DNA of 64,000 nucleotides from Nitrospirota bacterium (GTDB lineage Bacteria > Nitrospirota > UBA9217): the NCBI GenBank assembly GCA_035623825.1, contig DASPSR010000007.1:64001-128000 (forward strand), written 5' to 3'. Under the pieces are notes generated by a model that ran no database searches, was not told where the DNA came from, and worked only from the letters and a program-made list of their open reading frames with translations. Shown in pieces: positions 48,927 through 60,386 of the stretch (position 1 is the stretch's first letter; each line of letters starts with the position of its first letter). A program made the translations under genes and the position numbers.

Positions 48927-49274
48927 TACGCCCGAGCTGCTCTTCATGCTGCGTCTGACAGACTTCCTCGTGATCGTCTTCGTTCTTGACATGTATAGGA
49001 AGCGTCTGTTGTTATCGCCCGTATCGGGTCGATACCAATGCGAACCCACCCGCTGCTGCGTAGAAAGGATGCAATCGCCCCTGTCTCCATAAACTCATCA
49101 AGGCGGGAATCCTTAACAAAATCATGTCCCTGACTCTGAGGTGAGTGCTGGCATGGTTAGAAAAAATAAGAAAAACTAGCTTGCTTATTTCCTCTAAAAG
49201 AAGTAAATTTTAAAATTCAGGACCGTGACAGTTCAAAGTGCCGGTCCGACACTTGTTTTAAAGAATGGAGATGA

Positions 49275-50045
49275 ATGATGAAACGATCGATATTTTTGCT
49301 TATAGCGGGTTTTTTGGCCCTGTCGGCCTCGGGCGCTTATGCCGCTCCTGAGGGTGAGAGATCCTTGCCGTCGAAGCAGACCCAATTGGCCGAAGAGACG
49401 GCGGGAACGATGGGACCGTCCCCCTCCGGGAAGGTGGTGGAAACAATGAACGCTGGCGGGTATACATATGTCTGCCTTGAAAAAGGCGGGAAGAAGACCT
49501 GGGTTGCTGTCCCCGAGATGAAAGTGACCGTGGGGCAGCAGATAACGTTCAAACCAGGGCAAGAGATGACGGATTTTAGCAGCAAGACGCTGAACAAAAC
49601 GTTCGCGAGCATCATTTTTTCCGAAGGCCCTGCTGCTTCCCAGAAGAACACCGGCAATAAGGTTGAGCCTGCAAAGGCCCCTGGCAGCAAAGCGGCGGTG
49701 GTAGCGTCCGCAGGGGAAATTTCCGTGCAAAAGGCCGCCGGTCCGGATGCTTATACCGTGGGCGAGGTGTACGCGAAGGGAGCGTCGCTGAACGGAAAAT
49801 CCGTTATCGTCAAGGGCAAGGTCGTGAAGGTGTCAAAGGCCATCATGGGGAAGAACTGGCTCCATCTTCAGGACGGCACCGGAGATTCCGGCAAGGGGAC
49901 ACACGATCTGGTAGTGACGACGGCCGCGGACACGGTTGCCGTTGGTGACGTTGTGACGGCAAAAGGGACCGTTTACAAGGACAAGGACTTCGGGTCCGGA
50001 TACAAGTATGACGTGATCATGGAAGAGGCGACCATCCAGCACTGA
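49275..50045 (+). CDS. Exported OB-fold protein (NrfJ-like N-terminal domain)
   Basis: Signal peptide; GKVVETM.AGGYTY...W.A, FSSKTL.KTF, IMGKNWLHLQDG, DFGSGY.Y. Confidence 0.75.
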   Translation: MMKRSIFLLIAGFLALSASGAYAAPEGERSLPSKQTQLAEETAGTMGPSPSGKVVETMNAGGYTYVCLEKGGKKTWVAVPEMKVTVGQQITFKPGQEMTDFSSKTLNKTFASIIFSEGPAASQKNTGNKVEPAKAPGSKAAVVASAGEISVQKAAGPDAYTVGEVYAKGASLNGKSVIVKGKVVKVSKAIMGKNWLHLQDGTGDSGKGTHDLVVTTAADTVAVGDVVTAKGTVYKDKDFGSGYKYDVIMEEATIQH

Positions 50046-50079
50046 TTGGGATTTCCACGTATCCACGGTTCGATGACCC

Positions 50080-50115
50080 AAGCCCCTTGCTCGGTCTGCA
50101 GGGGGCTTTACTTTT
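50080..50115 (+). terminator. Rho-independent terminator
   Basis: AAGCCCCTTGC...GCAGGGGGCTT followed by TACTTTT. Confidence 0.65.
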
Positions 50116-50245
50116 ATCTGGCAATCGTGCATAATGATCGCTCTCTCGATCGGTATCGACCGGAAAAGGATACCGCCCTTTCTGTGCGGGCATGGGGATA
50201 TGGTGGCATGAACATAATGAGGAGAGCGCTTCAAGGAGACTGCTC

Positions 50246-52033
50246 ATGACAGAAGGATCAAGGAACAAAAAACTGAACTCCTGGGTAAAGGAGGTCGCTG
50301 ACCTCTGCCAGCCCGATTCCATCTATTGGTGCGACGGATCGAAAGCAGAGTACGACCGGCTTATGATGCTCATGCAGAAACGGGATATGGCGTTCCCTCT
50401 TAGCAGGCGGCCCAATAGTTTCCTATTCCGCACCGATCCCAGCGACGTGGCACGCGTGGAGGACCGTACGTACATCAGTACGCCGTCGAAAGACGAGGCC
50501 GGCCCCACGAACAACTGGGTCCATCCCGACGAACTGAAGAAGACCATGCGGGGCCTTTACAAGGGCTGCATGAAGGGCCGGACAATGTACGTCATCCCCT
50601 TCTCCATGGGGCCCATCGGTTCTCCCATCGCGAAGATCGGAATCGAGCTGACCGATAGCCCCTACGTGGTATGCAGCATGCATATCATGACCCGGGCCGA
50701 TTCGAAGGTTCTCGATACGCTCGGTGAGACGGGAGAATTCATCCCCTGCTTGCATTCCATCGGTGCACCTCTGGAGAAGGGGCAGAAGGACCTTCTCTGG
50801 CCATGCGCTCCTCTCGAACGCAAATACATCAGCCATTTCCCGGAGGAAAACCTCATCTGGTCCTACGGCTCTGGATACGGTGGTAACGCCCTGCTCGGGA
50901 AGAAGTGCCTGGCACTCCGGATTGCCTCGAACATGGCAAGGCGGGAAGGTTGGATGGCCGAACATATGCTGATCTTGCGCCTTATCAGTCCCGAAGGGAG
51001 GCGCTACCACATCGCGGCCGCTTTTCCCTCGGCCTGCGGCAAAACAAACCTCGCTATGATGCAGCCGTCCGTGCCTGGCTGGAAGTGTGAGTGCATCGGA
51101 GACGATATAGCCTGGATGAAGGTTCGCGGAGACGGCCGGCTCCATGCCATCAATCCCGAGAGCGGGTTCTTCGGCGTAGCGCCCGGCACGTCCTACGGCA
51201 CCAACCCCGTGGCCATGGACACACTGAGGGAAAACGTCATTTTCACGAACTGTGCACTGACGGATGACGGCGATGTGTGGTGGGAGGGCATGACCGATGA
51301 ATCACCATCGCATGTTATAGATTGGAAGGGCCACGACTGGACGCCGGAGAGTACCGAGGACGCGGCGCATCCGAATGCGCGTTTCACTGCACCCGCATCG
51401 CAGTGCCCGGGCATCTGTCCGGACTGGGAGGACCCAGAGGGAGTGCCCATCGACATCTTCATCTTCGGCGGCCGCAGGAGCAGTGTTGTGCCGCTGGTAT
51501 TCGAATCGTACTCCTGGGACCACGGCGTGTTTCTCGGTGCGACAGCCGCGTCGGAGACCACGTCGGCGAACATCGGCGCCGTGGGCAACCTGCGCCGAGA
51601 CCCCTTCGCCATGAAACCATTCCTAGCATACCATATGGGAGACTATTTTCAGCACTGGCTGAACATGGGAGATCGGCTCGGGAAAAAAGCCCCACGGATC
51701 TTCTATGCGAACTGGTTTCGGAAGAGCAGTGAGGGCAAATTCCTCTGGCCCGGTTTCAGCGAAAATAGCAGGGTGCTTAAGTGGATGTGCGACCGTGTGG
51801 ACGGCAAAATTGGCGCCAAAGAAACGCCAATTGGCCTGATGCCCGAGGACGGGGACCTTGACCTCGCGGGTCTGGACATTTCCAGTGAGAATGTGAAGGC
51901 ACTGATGGAAGCGGACCCCACGGAGTGGAGGGCCGAGGTTTCCGACATCGAGAAGCACTTCTCAGTATTCGGGAACAGGCTGCCGGCACGGCTTACGAAA
52001 CAGCTCGAGGAACTGAAGAAGCGTCTGAGATAA
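50246..52033 (+). CDS. pckG: Phosphoenolpyruvate carboxykinase (GTP)
   Basis: [45 protein letters not shown]. Confidence 0.97.
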   Translation: MTEGSRNKKLNSWVKEVADLCQPDSIYWCDGSKAEYDRLMMLMQKRDMAFPLSRRPNSFLFRTDPSDVARVEDRTYISTPSKDEAGPTNNWVHPDELKKTMRGLYKGCMKGRTMYVIPFSMGPIGSPIAKIGIELTDSPYVVCSMHIMTRADSKVLDTLGETGEFIPCLHSIGAPLEKGQKDLLWPCAPLERKYISHFPEENLIWSYGSGYGGNALLGKKCLALRIASNMARREGWMAEHMLILRLISPEGRRYHIAAAFPSACGKTNLAMMQPSVPGWKCECIGDDIAWMKVRGDGRLHAINPESGFFGVAPGTSYGTNPVAMDTLRENVIFTNCALTDDGDVWWEGMTDESPSHVIDWKGHDWTPESTEDAAHPNARFTAPASQCPGICPDWEDPEGVPIDIFIFGGRRSSVVPLVFESYSWDHGVFLGATAASETTSANIGAVGNLRRDPFAMKPFLAYHMGDYFQHWLNMGDRLGKKAPRIFYANWFRKSSEGKFLWPGFSENSRVLKWMCDRVDGKIGAKETPIGLMPEDGDLDLAGLDISSENVKALMEADPTEWRAEVSDIEKHFSVFGNRLPARLTKQLEELKKRLR

Positions 52034-52170
52034 TTGAAAGAACATTGCGGACACAGAAAAACGGGATAATATCCGAAAGAAACGATAACAGGCCTTCGCG
52101 GGGCCAAAGATCGACTTCTGTCTTAAAACGACAATCCCCTCGAGCGCCTTGAAGGAGATAACCAGTTTTC

Positions 52171-53925
52171 ATGGATCCATCAGCAGAAATGATCCGCACG
52201 AAAAAGCCCTCTCAACAGAAGGCTCTTGTCAACGTGCTGGGCGTTGTCTACTTGCACTCCACGACGGAAGACGGGGGGGACCTGTATCTTACCAGGTTCG
52301 CCGAGTCCCACCATCAACATCTCGATATCAGGAACTGGTACGAAGAAAGCTGGTTCACCAGGCACCGCGTGCGGCTACAGGGAACAAGCTCCGTTTACCG
52401 AGTCCCGACGAGACGCATCGGAGGAGTGCATCTCGACCTCGTGGTCAAGAACTGCCGCGTTGGGGAGGATGTTCCCCTTAACACCCATACCCTGAAGGAG
52501 TTCATGAGCGCCGAGTTCAACAGCCCCTGGGAGGAATTCGCCCTGGTCATGGAGATGGGCGACAAGCAGTTCGGCCAGCGGATCGAATGGGTCAAGGTGC
52601 AGCAGCCTCTGGCCATCTACGTGCCGCCCCAGCGCATGCAGCTGTGGCAGAGCGGACGGTCCCGGGCCAAGATCAACCGCATCCGCGCGCGCCATCCCGG
52701 CATCGATCTCGACATCCTAAAGCAATACAAGCTTGTCTACGAATGGATTCGAGGTAAGAACCTCATCGAGATCTTCGAGCACATCAGGCTCGGGCTCCCC
52801 GATGTTGTTCATCACCTGCAAGCAATGCAGAAGAAGGCCTTCGAGGACCTCACCACAAAGGGTTACCACATGGCGGACATGAAGCCAGAGCATATCATTC
52901 TCGACGAGGAGGACTGTGAACGCATCGAGCAGGCCGGTGAAGACACCGATGCGAACAGGAAGCAGGTCGAAATGCTCTATCATCTGCTGAATATCGGGAA
53001 ATACTCAGTGGTCGATTACGAGCTGCTCTTCCGTACTCCCGAGCATGAGGACAGGGTTAAGGCCTCGCGGCGGCATTCCTATCTTGATGAGATGCGAGGC
53101 AGGCTCACGCCGACACCCCTGCCTTCTTACCTGACGCGGGCAGAAATCTTCGGAGTCCCCTATATCTTCGGCCATGCGGAAAGCACCGGTGGCCGCATGT
53201 GGGTCGTTGGGAAAAACGGACGCCTATTCGACTACTTTCTTCCGGAACGCTGGCGGAAGACACCTTCCCTGAGCCTTTCCGATGACAATGAGGTGTACTA
53301 TACGGTCACCAAGGACAACATCCATCTTGTCTGGGAAACTTCCCGGGTGGGCGAGATACCGGCCGACAAGAAATACAACATGGAGGAGATCGAGAAGATC
53401 AAACAGTACGGGATAAACAGCCCGTTCGAAGAGTTCGCCATCTCGCAGGATCTCAATCAACGGGGCATCCATGCGGTGTACGTCCGGGCGATCTACGCCA
53501 CGGGAAGCGAGAAGGTGGAGCGGTCGGTCGACCCAAGGAGATACGAGTCCCATCGGTCAATCCTGGACAATGACGGCAATCCGGTACTGGAGGAGGACCA
53601 CAACTACATTTCGATCCGCGGCTACTACAACGGTCCAGACGACTGGGTGCCGGAGAACGAAGGCTCATTGCTGACACCAGTAGATCTGGCCAAAGCCTTG
53701 CGCAAGAAAATCATCGATGAATCCCAATGCAGAAGCTATCTTGAAAAGGTTGTAGAAAGGCTGCGGCATGCAGGATACGACGGCACGTTGTTGAAGCCGA
53801 ACGACTTTCTCCTGACTTTGGACGCAAGAGGAGAGGTCATGAAGGACGGGAACGGCGACCCCGACATCATAATATGCAATTTCGAGGTCCTTTGGAAGAT
53901 CATCGGTTCAACATCAACGTCATGA
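52171..53925 (+). CDS. Hypothetical protein with two tandem protein-kinase-like domains
   Basis: Internal duplication (NSPWEEFA / NSPFEEFA); VVK, DMKPEH, DYE in unit 1. Confidence 0.7.
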   Translation: MDPSAEMIRTKKPSQQKALVNVLGVVYLHSTTEDGGDLYLTRFAESHHQHLDIRNWYEESWFTRHRVRLQGTSSVYRVPTRRIGGVHLDLVVKNCRVGEDVPLNTHTLKEFMSAEFNSPWEEFALVMEMGDKQFGQRIEWVKVQQPLAIYVPPQRMQLWQSGRSRAKINRIRARHPGIDLDILKQYKLVYEWIRGKNLIEIFEHIRLGLPDVVHHLQAMQKKAFEDLTTKGYHMADMKPEHIILDEEDCERIEQAGEDTDANRKQVEMLYHLLNIGKYSVVDYELLFRTPEHEDRVKASRRHSYLDEMRGRLTPTPLPSYLTRAEIFGVPYIFGHAESTGGRMWVVGKNGRLFDYFLPERWRKTPSLSLSDDNEVYYTVTKDNIHLVWETSRVGEIPADKKYNMEEIEKIKQYGINSPFEEFAISQDLNQRGIHAVYVRAIYATGSEKVERSVDPRRYESHRSILDNDGNPVLEEDHNYISIRGYYNGPDDWVPENEGSLLTPVDLAKALRKKIIDESQCRSYLEKVVERLRHAGYDGTLLKPNDFLLTLDARGEVMKDGNGDPDIIICNFEVLWKIIGSTSTS

Positions 53926-53978
53926 CGTTCGTGCGTTCGTCCGGGCGGGTGCAGGCTCCGGACGCCGTTAAATTCGCA

Positions 53979-54005
53979 AGGCCGGAATGAAACCCGGCCT
54001 TTTTT
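53979..54005 (+). terminator. Rho-independent terminator
   Basis: AGGCCGG-N8-CCGGCCT followed by a T-run. Confidence 0.8.
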
Positions 54006-54092
54006 ATTTCTGAGGTGCTACAATAAAAACAGGTTCAGGAGTCATTATCCGTTTCTTTCAATACTCATTTGTAGCTTTTATTGGGGTTGAAT

Positions 54093-55835
54093 ATGAAGAA
54101 CCAGCAGATAGCGCGGATCTTCAACGAGATTGCGGAGCTTCTCGAACTTAAAGGCGAGAACGTATTTCGCATACGGGCGTACCGTAGGGCTGCACAGAAC
54201 ATTGACGGCCTCTCAAAGGACGTAGCCGCGCTCTCCGTGGAGGATCTTGAAGCGATTCCCGGGATCGGGAAGGACCTGGCCAATAAAGTCCGGGAATATC
54301 TGGAAACGGGGAAAATGGCAAAACACGAGGAATTGAAAAAAGAAATTCCTGAAGGGGTATTGCAGCTTCTGCAGGTCCCCGGACTGGGACCCAAGAAAGC
54401 CAAGATGCTCTTCGACATGCTCAAGGTAGAAAGCATAGAAGAGCTTGAAGAGGCTGTTCAGAAGGGGAAACTCACCGGTCTGCCGGGTATTCAGAAGAAA
54501 ACGGAAGAGAACATATTGCAGGGCATCGAACTGCTGAAACGTGGTACCGAGCGGCGGCCCCTGGGAAGAGTGCTGCCTCTAGCGGAAGACATAGTAAGGC
54601 GCGTACGCGATACCGCTCCCGTCGACAAGATAGAGATCGCAGGCAGCATCCGACGGATGAAGGAAACGGTTAAGGACATCGACATCCTCACCACGTCGAA
54701 GAATCCCGCAGCTGTCATGGATGTTTTCGTGAAGCTCCCGCACGTGTCCCGGGTCCTGATGCACGGGCCGACAAAATCGTCGGTTATCACCGAAGAGGGG
54801 ATTCAGGTGGACCTGAGGGTGGTCGAAGAGGATTCCTTCGGCGCGGCGCTACAGTATTTTACCGGAAGCAAGCAGCACAATATCAAGCTTCGGGAAATGG
54901 CGGTCAAGTCGGGCTTCAAGATCAACGAATACGGCGTGTTCAAGGAACCAGGTGGCAAGAAGATTGGCGGGAAGAAGGAAGAGGAAGTCTATAAAGCGCT
55001 CAAGCTTCCTTACATTCCTCCAGAGCTGAGAGAAGACACGGGCGAGATCGAGGCCGCCCAGAAGGGCAAGCTCCCTGACCTCGTAACGCTTCATGATATC
55101 AAGGGCGACCTCCACGTCCATACAAAGTGGTCCGACGGGAGTCATGAACTTGACACGGTGGTTCAGGCAGCAAGGGAGAAAGGTTACCAGTACATAGCGA
55201 TCACTGACCATACCAAAGGGCTTGGCGTTGCACATGGCCTTGACGAAAAAAGGCTTGCACAGGAGATCAGGCTCATCGATGGGGCGAACAGAATGCTATC
55301 AGGGTTCAAGATACTGAAGGGGACAGAGATCGACATTCGTTCAGACGGCGGACTGGACCTGTCCGACGATGTACTCATGCGGCTTGACATCGTGGTGGCC
55401 TCCATCCACTCAGGGTTCAAACAGCCGCGGGAACAGATAACGAAGAGACTCCTCTCGGCCATTCGCAGCCCCTGCGTGAGCGTGATCGCCCACCCCACAG
55501 GCAGGCTTATCGGCGAGCGCGACGCCTATGCCGTTGACATGGTGATGGTGCTGAAAGAGGCGGCAAAGTATGGTGTGGCAATGGAAGTGAACGCATATCC
55601 CCTACGGCTGGACCTGAACGATATTCACATCAAAATGGCCAAGGAGTATGGCGTGACGCTGGTCATCAGCACGGATACCCATGTCACGAGCCAATACGAT
55701 TTCATGGCCTATGGAGTTTCCGTTGCGCGTCGCGGCTGGGTTGAAAAGAAGGATGTGCTGAACACGCTTGGCTACGAACAGCTCATCAAGAAGTTGAAGG
55801 CATGCGCGGCACGGAAGGCAAAACTGAAACAATAA
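54093..55835 (+). CDS. polX: DNA polymerase X / PHP 3'-5' exonuclease
   Basis: FR.RAY, GSIRR.KET.KDIDI, YFTGSK.HN, GDLH.HT.WSDG, ITDH, AHPTGR, TD.H. Confidence 0.96.
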   Translation: MKNQQIARIFNEIAELLELKGENVFRIRAYRRAAQNIDGLSKDVAALSVEDLEAIPGIGKDLANKVREYLETGKMAKHEELKKEIPEGVLQLLQVPGLGPKKAKMLFDMLKVESIEELEEAVQKGKLTGLPGIQKKTEENILQGIELLKRGTERRPLGRVLPLAEDIVRRVRDTAPVDKIEIAGSIRRMKETVKDIDILTTSKNPAAVMDVFVKLPHVSRVLMHGPTKSSVITEEGIQVDLRVVEEDSFGAALQYFTGSKQHNIKLREMAVKSGFKINEYGVFKEPGGKKIGGKKEEEVYKALKLPYIPPELREDTGEIEAAQKGKLPDLVTLHDIKGDLHVHTKWSDGSHELDTVVQAAREKGYQYIAITDHTKGLGVAHGLDEKRLAQEIRLIDGANRMLSGFKILKGTEIDIRSDGGLDLSDDVLMRLDIVVASIHSGFKQPREQITKRLLSAIRSPCVSVIAHPTGRLIGERDAYAVDMVMVLKEAAKYGVAMEVNAYPLRLDLNDIHIKMAKEYGVTLVISTDTHVTSQYDFMAYGVSVARRGWVEKKDVLNTLGYEQLIKKLKACAARKAKLKQ

Positions 55836-56003
55836 ACCGACATGTTCTGCAGGATAGCAAACCAAACCCGGCATTGAATCGGCCCGCGTTCTCTGATCAT
55901 TGCATGACCAAAGGGAGCATGGCAAGAACTGCATAGTAGCAGCGTATAATCTGGCAATACGTGATCGCTTCCTGACGCCGCTCCCCGCAATGATGCATTG
56001 TGA

Positions 56004-56648
56004 TTATCCCTTCTTGATCTGGCATCCCTTGTAAGTCCTTTCAATCTCGGCTTGAAGATTGTTGAAATCTCCTCTGCCTTTTGTTCTGATGACAACTCTC
56101 CGATACCCTTCCTTCACCCCCTCGTAGGAGGTCAGGATCCCCTGGAGGCGGAAATTATATTTTCTGACGATATCCGCCACTTCTTTTATCGAGCCCGGCC
56201 GGTCTTCGATCGTAACGCACAACCGATGCCCGCCGTGCCGCGCGCCGGTAATATCCACGAGCGCGCGGAAGATGTCTTTGTCGGAGATGATGCCGACGAG
56301 TTGTCCCTGCTCGAGCACCGGCAAGCATCCTATATTACGATCCAGCATAATCATTGCCGCCTCTTCAACCGGGGTACCGGGATCAGTAGTGATCACCTTA
56401 GCCTTCATCACGTCTTTTATCTTTGTTTTCGCGAGGAGATAGTGGAGCTCGTAGATATCGAGCGCCGTGGCCTTTGAGGGACTATGCTCCTTGATATCCC
56501 TGTCTGAGATAATGCCTAACAGCTTGCCATTCTTCAGGACGGGGAGGTGTTTTATGCCGTGCTGCTTCATCATGGAGAGCGCATCGGAAAGATAATCGTC
56601 GGGATACAGAATAATAACCTTTTTCGTCATCCAGTCGGACACGTACAT
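56004..56648 (-). CDS. CBS + ACT domain protein (AcuB-like)
   Basis: MYV.DWMT, HLPV, SPS.AT.L...EL.YLL, GCLPV, DRPG; GGAGG SD. Confidence 0.9.
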   Translation of the reverse strand: MYVSDWMTKKVIILYPDDYLSDALSMMKQHGIKHLPVLKNGKLLGIISDRDIKEHSPSKATALDIYELHYLLAKTKIKDVMKAKVITTDPGTPVEEAAMIMLDRNIGCLPVLEQGQLVGIISDKDIFRALVDITGARHGGHRLCVTIEDRPGSIKEVADIVRKYNFRLQGILTSYEGVKEGYRRVVIRTKGRGDFNNLQAEIERTYKGCQIKKG

Positions 56649-56790
56649 GGAGCACCTCCGGTGGAAATTTCGAGATTCAGTTGACAAATCCTGGAAAAAC
56701 AATAATATGCCGAATTTCTTGATGGCGCTTTTAATTTATTGTGGCGTTGAACATGGGCGTTTGGCATCTTGCCACCTTCATTCTGCTTGT

Positions 56791-57495
56791 TCACAAACCC
56801 AGATACGCCGTCTTCACATGCTCGTCATTCAGCAGCGCTTGGCCGGTCCCTTGCATGGCCACCCTGCCGTTCTCAAGCACATAGGCGCGGTCGGCGATGG
56901 CAAGGGTTTGCTTTACATTCTGTTCGACAATGAGGACCGTCGTCCCCTCTTCGCGGATCTTCCCGATGATACTGAAGATCTCACGGACGAGGATCGGAGC
57001 GAGTCCGAGCGATGGTTCATCGAGCATGAGGAGTTTTGGCAACGCCATGAGCCCTCTCCCGATGGCGACCATCTGCTGCTCCCCGCCTGAAAGCGTTCCC
57101 GTGGACTGTTTCCTTCGTTCTCGTAGTCGAGGAAAGAAACGGAATACCATCTCCTTGGTCATCTCCCTCATCGCTTTTGCTTCACCGCGGAGCGATCCCA
57201 TTTCCAGGTTCTCTTCCACGGTCATATCGATGAAAAGCCGCCGCGCCTCGGGGCAGTGGGCGATTCCCAGCTCGATGAGCTTGAACGGTTGGACGGTGTG
57301 GATCGGCGAACCGTCAAACAGGACCGACCCGGTTCGGGGGCGGAGGAGACCGGAGACGGTTTTAAGCATTGTTGATTTGCCTGCGCCGTTCGCTCCGAGA
57401 AGGGCAACGACCTCTCCCTGCTTCACCTCGAATGAGACATCCCAGATCACTTGGACGTCACCGTAAAATACGTCTATGCCTCGTATCTCCAGCAC
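56791..57495 (-). CDS. livF: Branched-chain amino acid-type ABC ATPase
   Basis: GANGAGKST, LSGGEQQM, LDEPSLGLAP, VEQN; GTG start inferred. Confidence 0.92.
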   Translation of the reverse strand: MLEIRGIDVFYGDVQVIWDVSFEVKQGEVVALLGANGAGKSTMLKTVSGLLRPRTGSVLFDGSPIHTVQPFKLIELGIAHCPEARRLFIDMTVEENLEMGSLRGEAKAMREMTKEMVFRFFPRLRERRKQSTGTLSGGEQQMVAIGRGLMALPKLLMLDEPSLGLAPILVREIFSIIGKIREEGTTVLIVEQNVKQTLAIADRAYVLENGRVAMQGTGQALLNDEHVKTAYLGL

Positions 57496-57496
57496 T

Positions 57497-58210
57497 TTAT
57501 GCCTCTCCCAGATAGGCCTCGACGACCAATCCATTATCCCGGATCTCCTGAGGTGTCCCCTCGGCGATCTTCTCACCGTAGTTGAGTACTACAATCCGGT
57601 CTGATATGGACATGATCACCTTCATATGGTGCTCAATGATCATGATGGTGATGCCCCTTTCCCTTATCTTGCCGATGATGCCAATGGACGCGTCTAGCTC
57701 CGAAGGGTTTAATCCGGCAAATGACTCATCGAGGAGCAGGATCTCCGGCTGAGTAGCGAGTGCTCGCGCGATTTCAAGCCGCTTACGCTTGCCGAGCGGC
57801 AATCCCCTCGAGATTACTTCGCGGTCGTTATCGAGAGCGGTGAAATGGAGTATATCCCGGGCAGCCACTTCAGCCTGTTTCCTGTTCCCGGTTCGGAGCA
57901 AGGCTGATGCAATGACGTTATCCAGGACGCTCATACGCTGAAGCGGCTTGACCACCTGAAAAGTCCTGGCGATGCCGCGCTGGCATATCTCGTGCGGCTT
58001 GTGCCCCGAAATTGTGATGTCATTGAAAAAGACATCACCGCGCGACGGTTTGTAGAATCCGTTCACGACGTTAAAGAGCGTGGTTTTTCCGGCACCATTG
58101 GGACCGATGAGCCCCAGGATTTCTCCCTTGGTGATCCCGAATGAAACATCCTTGAGAGCGGCAAGACCTCCAAAGAACATTGAAACCTTCTTGATCTCCA
58201 GAAAGCTCAT
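57497..58210 (-). CDS. livG: Branched-chain amino acid-type ABC ATPase
   Basis: FGGL.A, GPNGAGKTT, RTFQ, LEIARALA, EAYLG. Confidence 0.92.
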   Translation of the reverse strand: MSFLEIKKVSMFFGGLAALKDVSFGITKGEILGLIGPNGAGKTTLFNVVNGFYKPSRGDVFFNDITISGHKPHEICQRGIARTFQVVKPLQRMSVLDNVIASALLRTGNRKQAEVAARDILHFTALDNDREVISRGLPLGKRKRLEIARALATQPEILLLDESFAGLNPSELDASIGIIGKIRERGITIMIIEHHMKVIMSISDRIVVLNYGEKIAEGTPQEIRDNGLVVEAYLGEA

Positions 58211-59148
58211 GACGGCCCCCTCGAAAGGTCACGAAGCTTCCTCAGTTTAGGAAAATCGCCGACAATACCGTTGGGCAGGAAGATGATGATAACAATCAAA
58301 AGGATGCCGAAGAACGTATGGTGGGCCGTGCCGAGCGCAGGGACCGATCTGATAATCTCGGATAAAAGCACCATGATGATCGCACCTACCACCGGACCCC
58401 AGTAGGTTGCGACTCCTCCAACCATGACGACCATGATGGTCACGATCGAAATGTCATGAAGCGCGAAAACCACCTTGGGATCGATATAGCCCATATAGTT
58501 CATATAGAAGACGCCGGCAAACCCTGTGAGCATGGCACTCAGACACAGCGCAATGGTTTTATAAAGCGTCGTGTTAATTCCGAGCGACTCGGCAGCATCC
58601 TGATCCTCGCGAATGGCAACGAAGTAATAGCCGAGTTTCGACTCGATGACAATTTTGATCGCGAGGAAGGTCCCGCAGGCGACGGCGAGGATGATGTAGT
58701 AGTACCATGTTTTTTCGATCCAGGTCCGTTCGCGGATCATGATGCCGAGATCTCCGCCCGTGAAATTCACAAGATTCTCAGCAGTGATCCGAAGGATGAC
58801 CCCCATCGAGAGTGTAGCAAGGGCGAAGAACGGTCCTCGAAGACGCAGGCAGATGTATCCGATGACAAGGGCTAATAGGGTCACCACGATGATGCTGAAT
58901 GGCAGCCCCCACCATGCCGAGATGCCGAACTTGCTGTAGAGCATCCCGGACGCATAGGCTCCGGTTCCAAAGAACGCGGCATGCCCGAAGGATACCTGGC
59001 CGCAGTACCCGCTCAGAAGATTCCATGCCATGCCGATCACCGACCACATGATGACGAGGATGATGATGTGCATTACGTAGGAACTGAGGCCGATGAATGG
59101 CAACGCCGCAAGCAGCACTGCGATTATGATGGGAAAATATTTTTTCAT
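58207..59148 (-). CDS. livM: Branched-chain amino acid-type ABC permease
   Basis: G.VSFGHAAF.G.GAY, RLRG..FAL.TL, AIRED..AA..LG. Confidence 0.92.
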   Translation of the reverse strand: MKKYFPIIIAVLLAALPFIGLSSYVMHIIILVIMWSVIGMAWNLLSGYCGQVSFGHAAFFGTGAYASGMLYSKFGISAWWGLPFSIIVVTLLALVIGYICLRLRGPFFALATLSMGVILRITAENLVNFTGGDLGIMIRERTWIEKTWYYYIILAVACGTFLAIKIVIESKLGYYFVAIREDQDAAESLGINTTLYKTIALCLSAMLTGFAGVFYMNYMGYIDPKVVFALHDISIVTIMVVMVGGVATYWGPVVGAIIMVLLSEIIRSVPALGTAHHTFFGILLIVIIIFLPNGIVGDFPKLRKLRDLSRGPS

Positions 59149-59251
59149 TTGAAATCCGTTGTCTCGCATCTGCATAGCAAAGTGAGCCTAGATCTTGCCG
59201 CCGTTTGCCTCTGCGAACTTGCGGAAAATTATAAAACAGTTATGGTTGTCT

Positions 59252-60187
59252 TCATCTTCCGATTCCGAGCCTTTTTGCCTTCAGGAGCGAAGCAACCCCA
59301 CCCGGCAGAAAGATCAGAGCCATCACGAAGATGACGAAGCGTCCCACCGGCGCCCAGCCCATGCCCACGTAAGTCGCAGTGAGCGATTCAAAGAGGCCGA
59401 GAATCACACCGCCGATGATGGCCCCCACCGTGGACCCGAGGCCGCCAAGGATGGTGATGACGAAGGCAATCAGCGTAAACTGCCCCCCGATGTCGGGATA
59501 GATATAATAGATGGGAATGAAGAGGCAGCCCGCCGCACCGACGAGAGAGGATCCGAGCCCGAACGTGATCACTCGCATCTTGTCCACGTTGACGCCCATC
59601 AGGAGTGCCGCATCACGATCCTGGGCCGTTGCCCGGATAGACTTACCGGTGTCCGTCTTGGCCAGGAAGAACCAAAGACATGCTGTTATGAGCACGGCGA
59701 TGACGAATGAAACCGACCAGGGCATTGAGAGCGAGAGCTCGATAGGTGTTTTTTCCCAGATATCGGAGAGGTACCATGCCTTGGTGGCGTAGTCCACGGG
59801 CGTTTGCCGGTAGTCGGACTTGAATATAAAGGTCGCGATATTGGCAAGCACCATGCCGATTCCTACGGTAAGGATCACCTGATTCTCTGGCAGAATGGAC
59901 TCGACCTTAAGCACGGGGTTGATCAGATACTTCTGAATCGCTATACCCAGGAGGAAGAGGGCCGGAGTAGCGATAAAGACTGAGAGATAGGGATCCATAT
60001 GAAAGAGGGAGAAGAGCACATAGGCGATGTACATGGCCACCATCATGAGCTCGCCATGGGCGAGGTTGATGATCTTCATGACGCCCATGATTATGGTCAT
60101 GCCGATGCCTATCAACGCATACAGTCCACCGAGCAGAATGCCGGATATCAGAGTCTGCAGTAGGACTTCAAGCTGGATCGATGTCAT
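59252..60187 (-). CDS. livH: Branched-chain amino acid-type ABC permease
   Basis: G.LYAL...G, IN.AHGE, G..IRA..QD..AA.LMG, ILGG.GS. Confidence 0.92.
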   Translation of the reverse strand: MTSIQLEVLLQTLISGILLGGLYALIGIGMTIIMGVMKIINLAHGELMMVAMYIAYVLFSLFHMDPYLSVFIATPALFLLGIAIQKYLINPVLKVESILPENQVILTVGIGMVLANIATFIFKSDYRQTPVDYATKAWYLSDIWEKTPIELSLSMPWSVSFVIAVLITACLWFFLAKTDTGKSIRATAQDRDAALLMGVNVDKMRVITFGLGSSLVGAAGCLFIPIYYIYPDIGGQFTLIAFVITILGGLGSTVGAIIGGVILGLFESLTATYVGMGWAPVGRFVIFVMALIFLPGGVASLLKAKRLGIGR

Positions 60188-60386
60188 GAAGCACCATACT
60201 TTCCGCCATGGAGTTCACAGAGGGCACTGAGGATATGAAGCTCCAGTTCCCGACGCCGGATCTCCAAGAGACCCAGACATCAAAGACACAGTCTCGACCC
60301 GAAAACACCGATCATTAGGTGCTCATTCGGATTTTCTCGAGGCGATTTGACATGGTCTCCTCTCGCGCGCAATGACCAAAACACTT

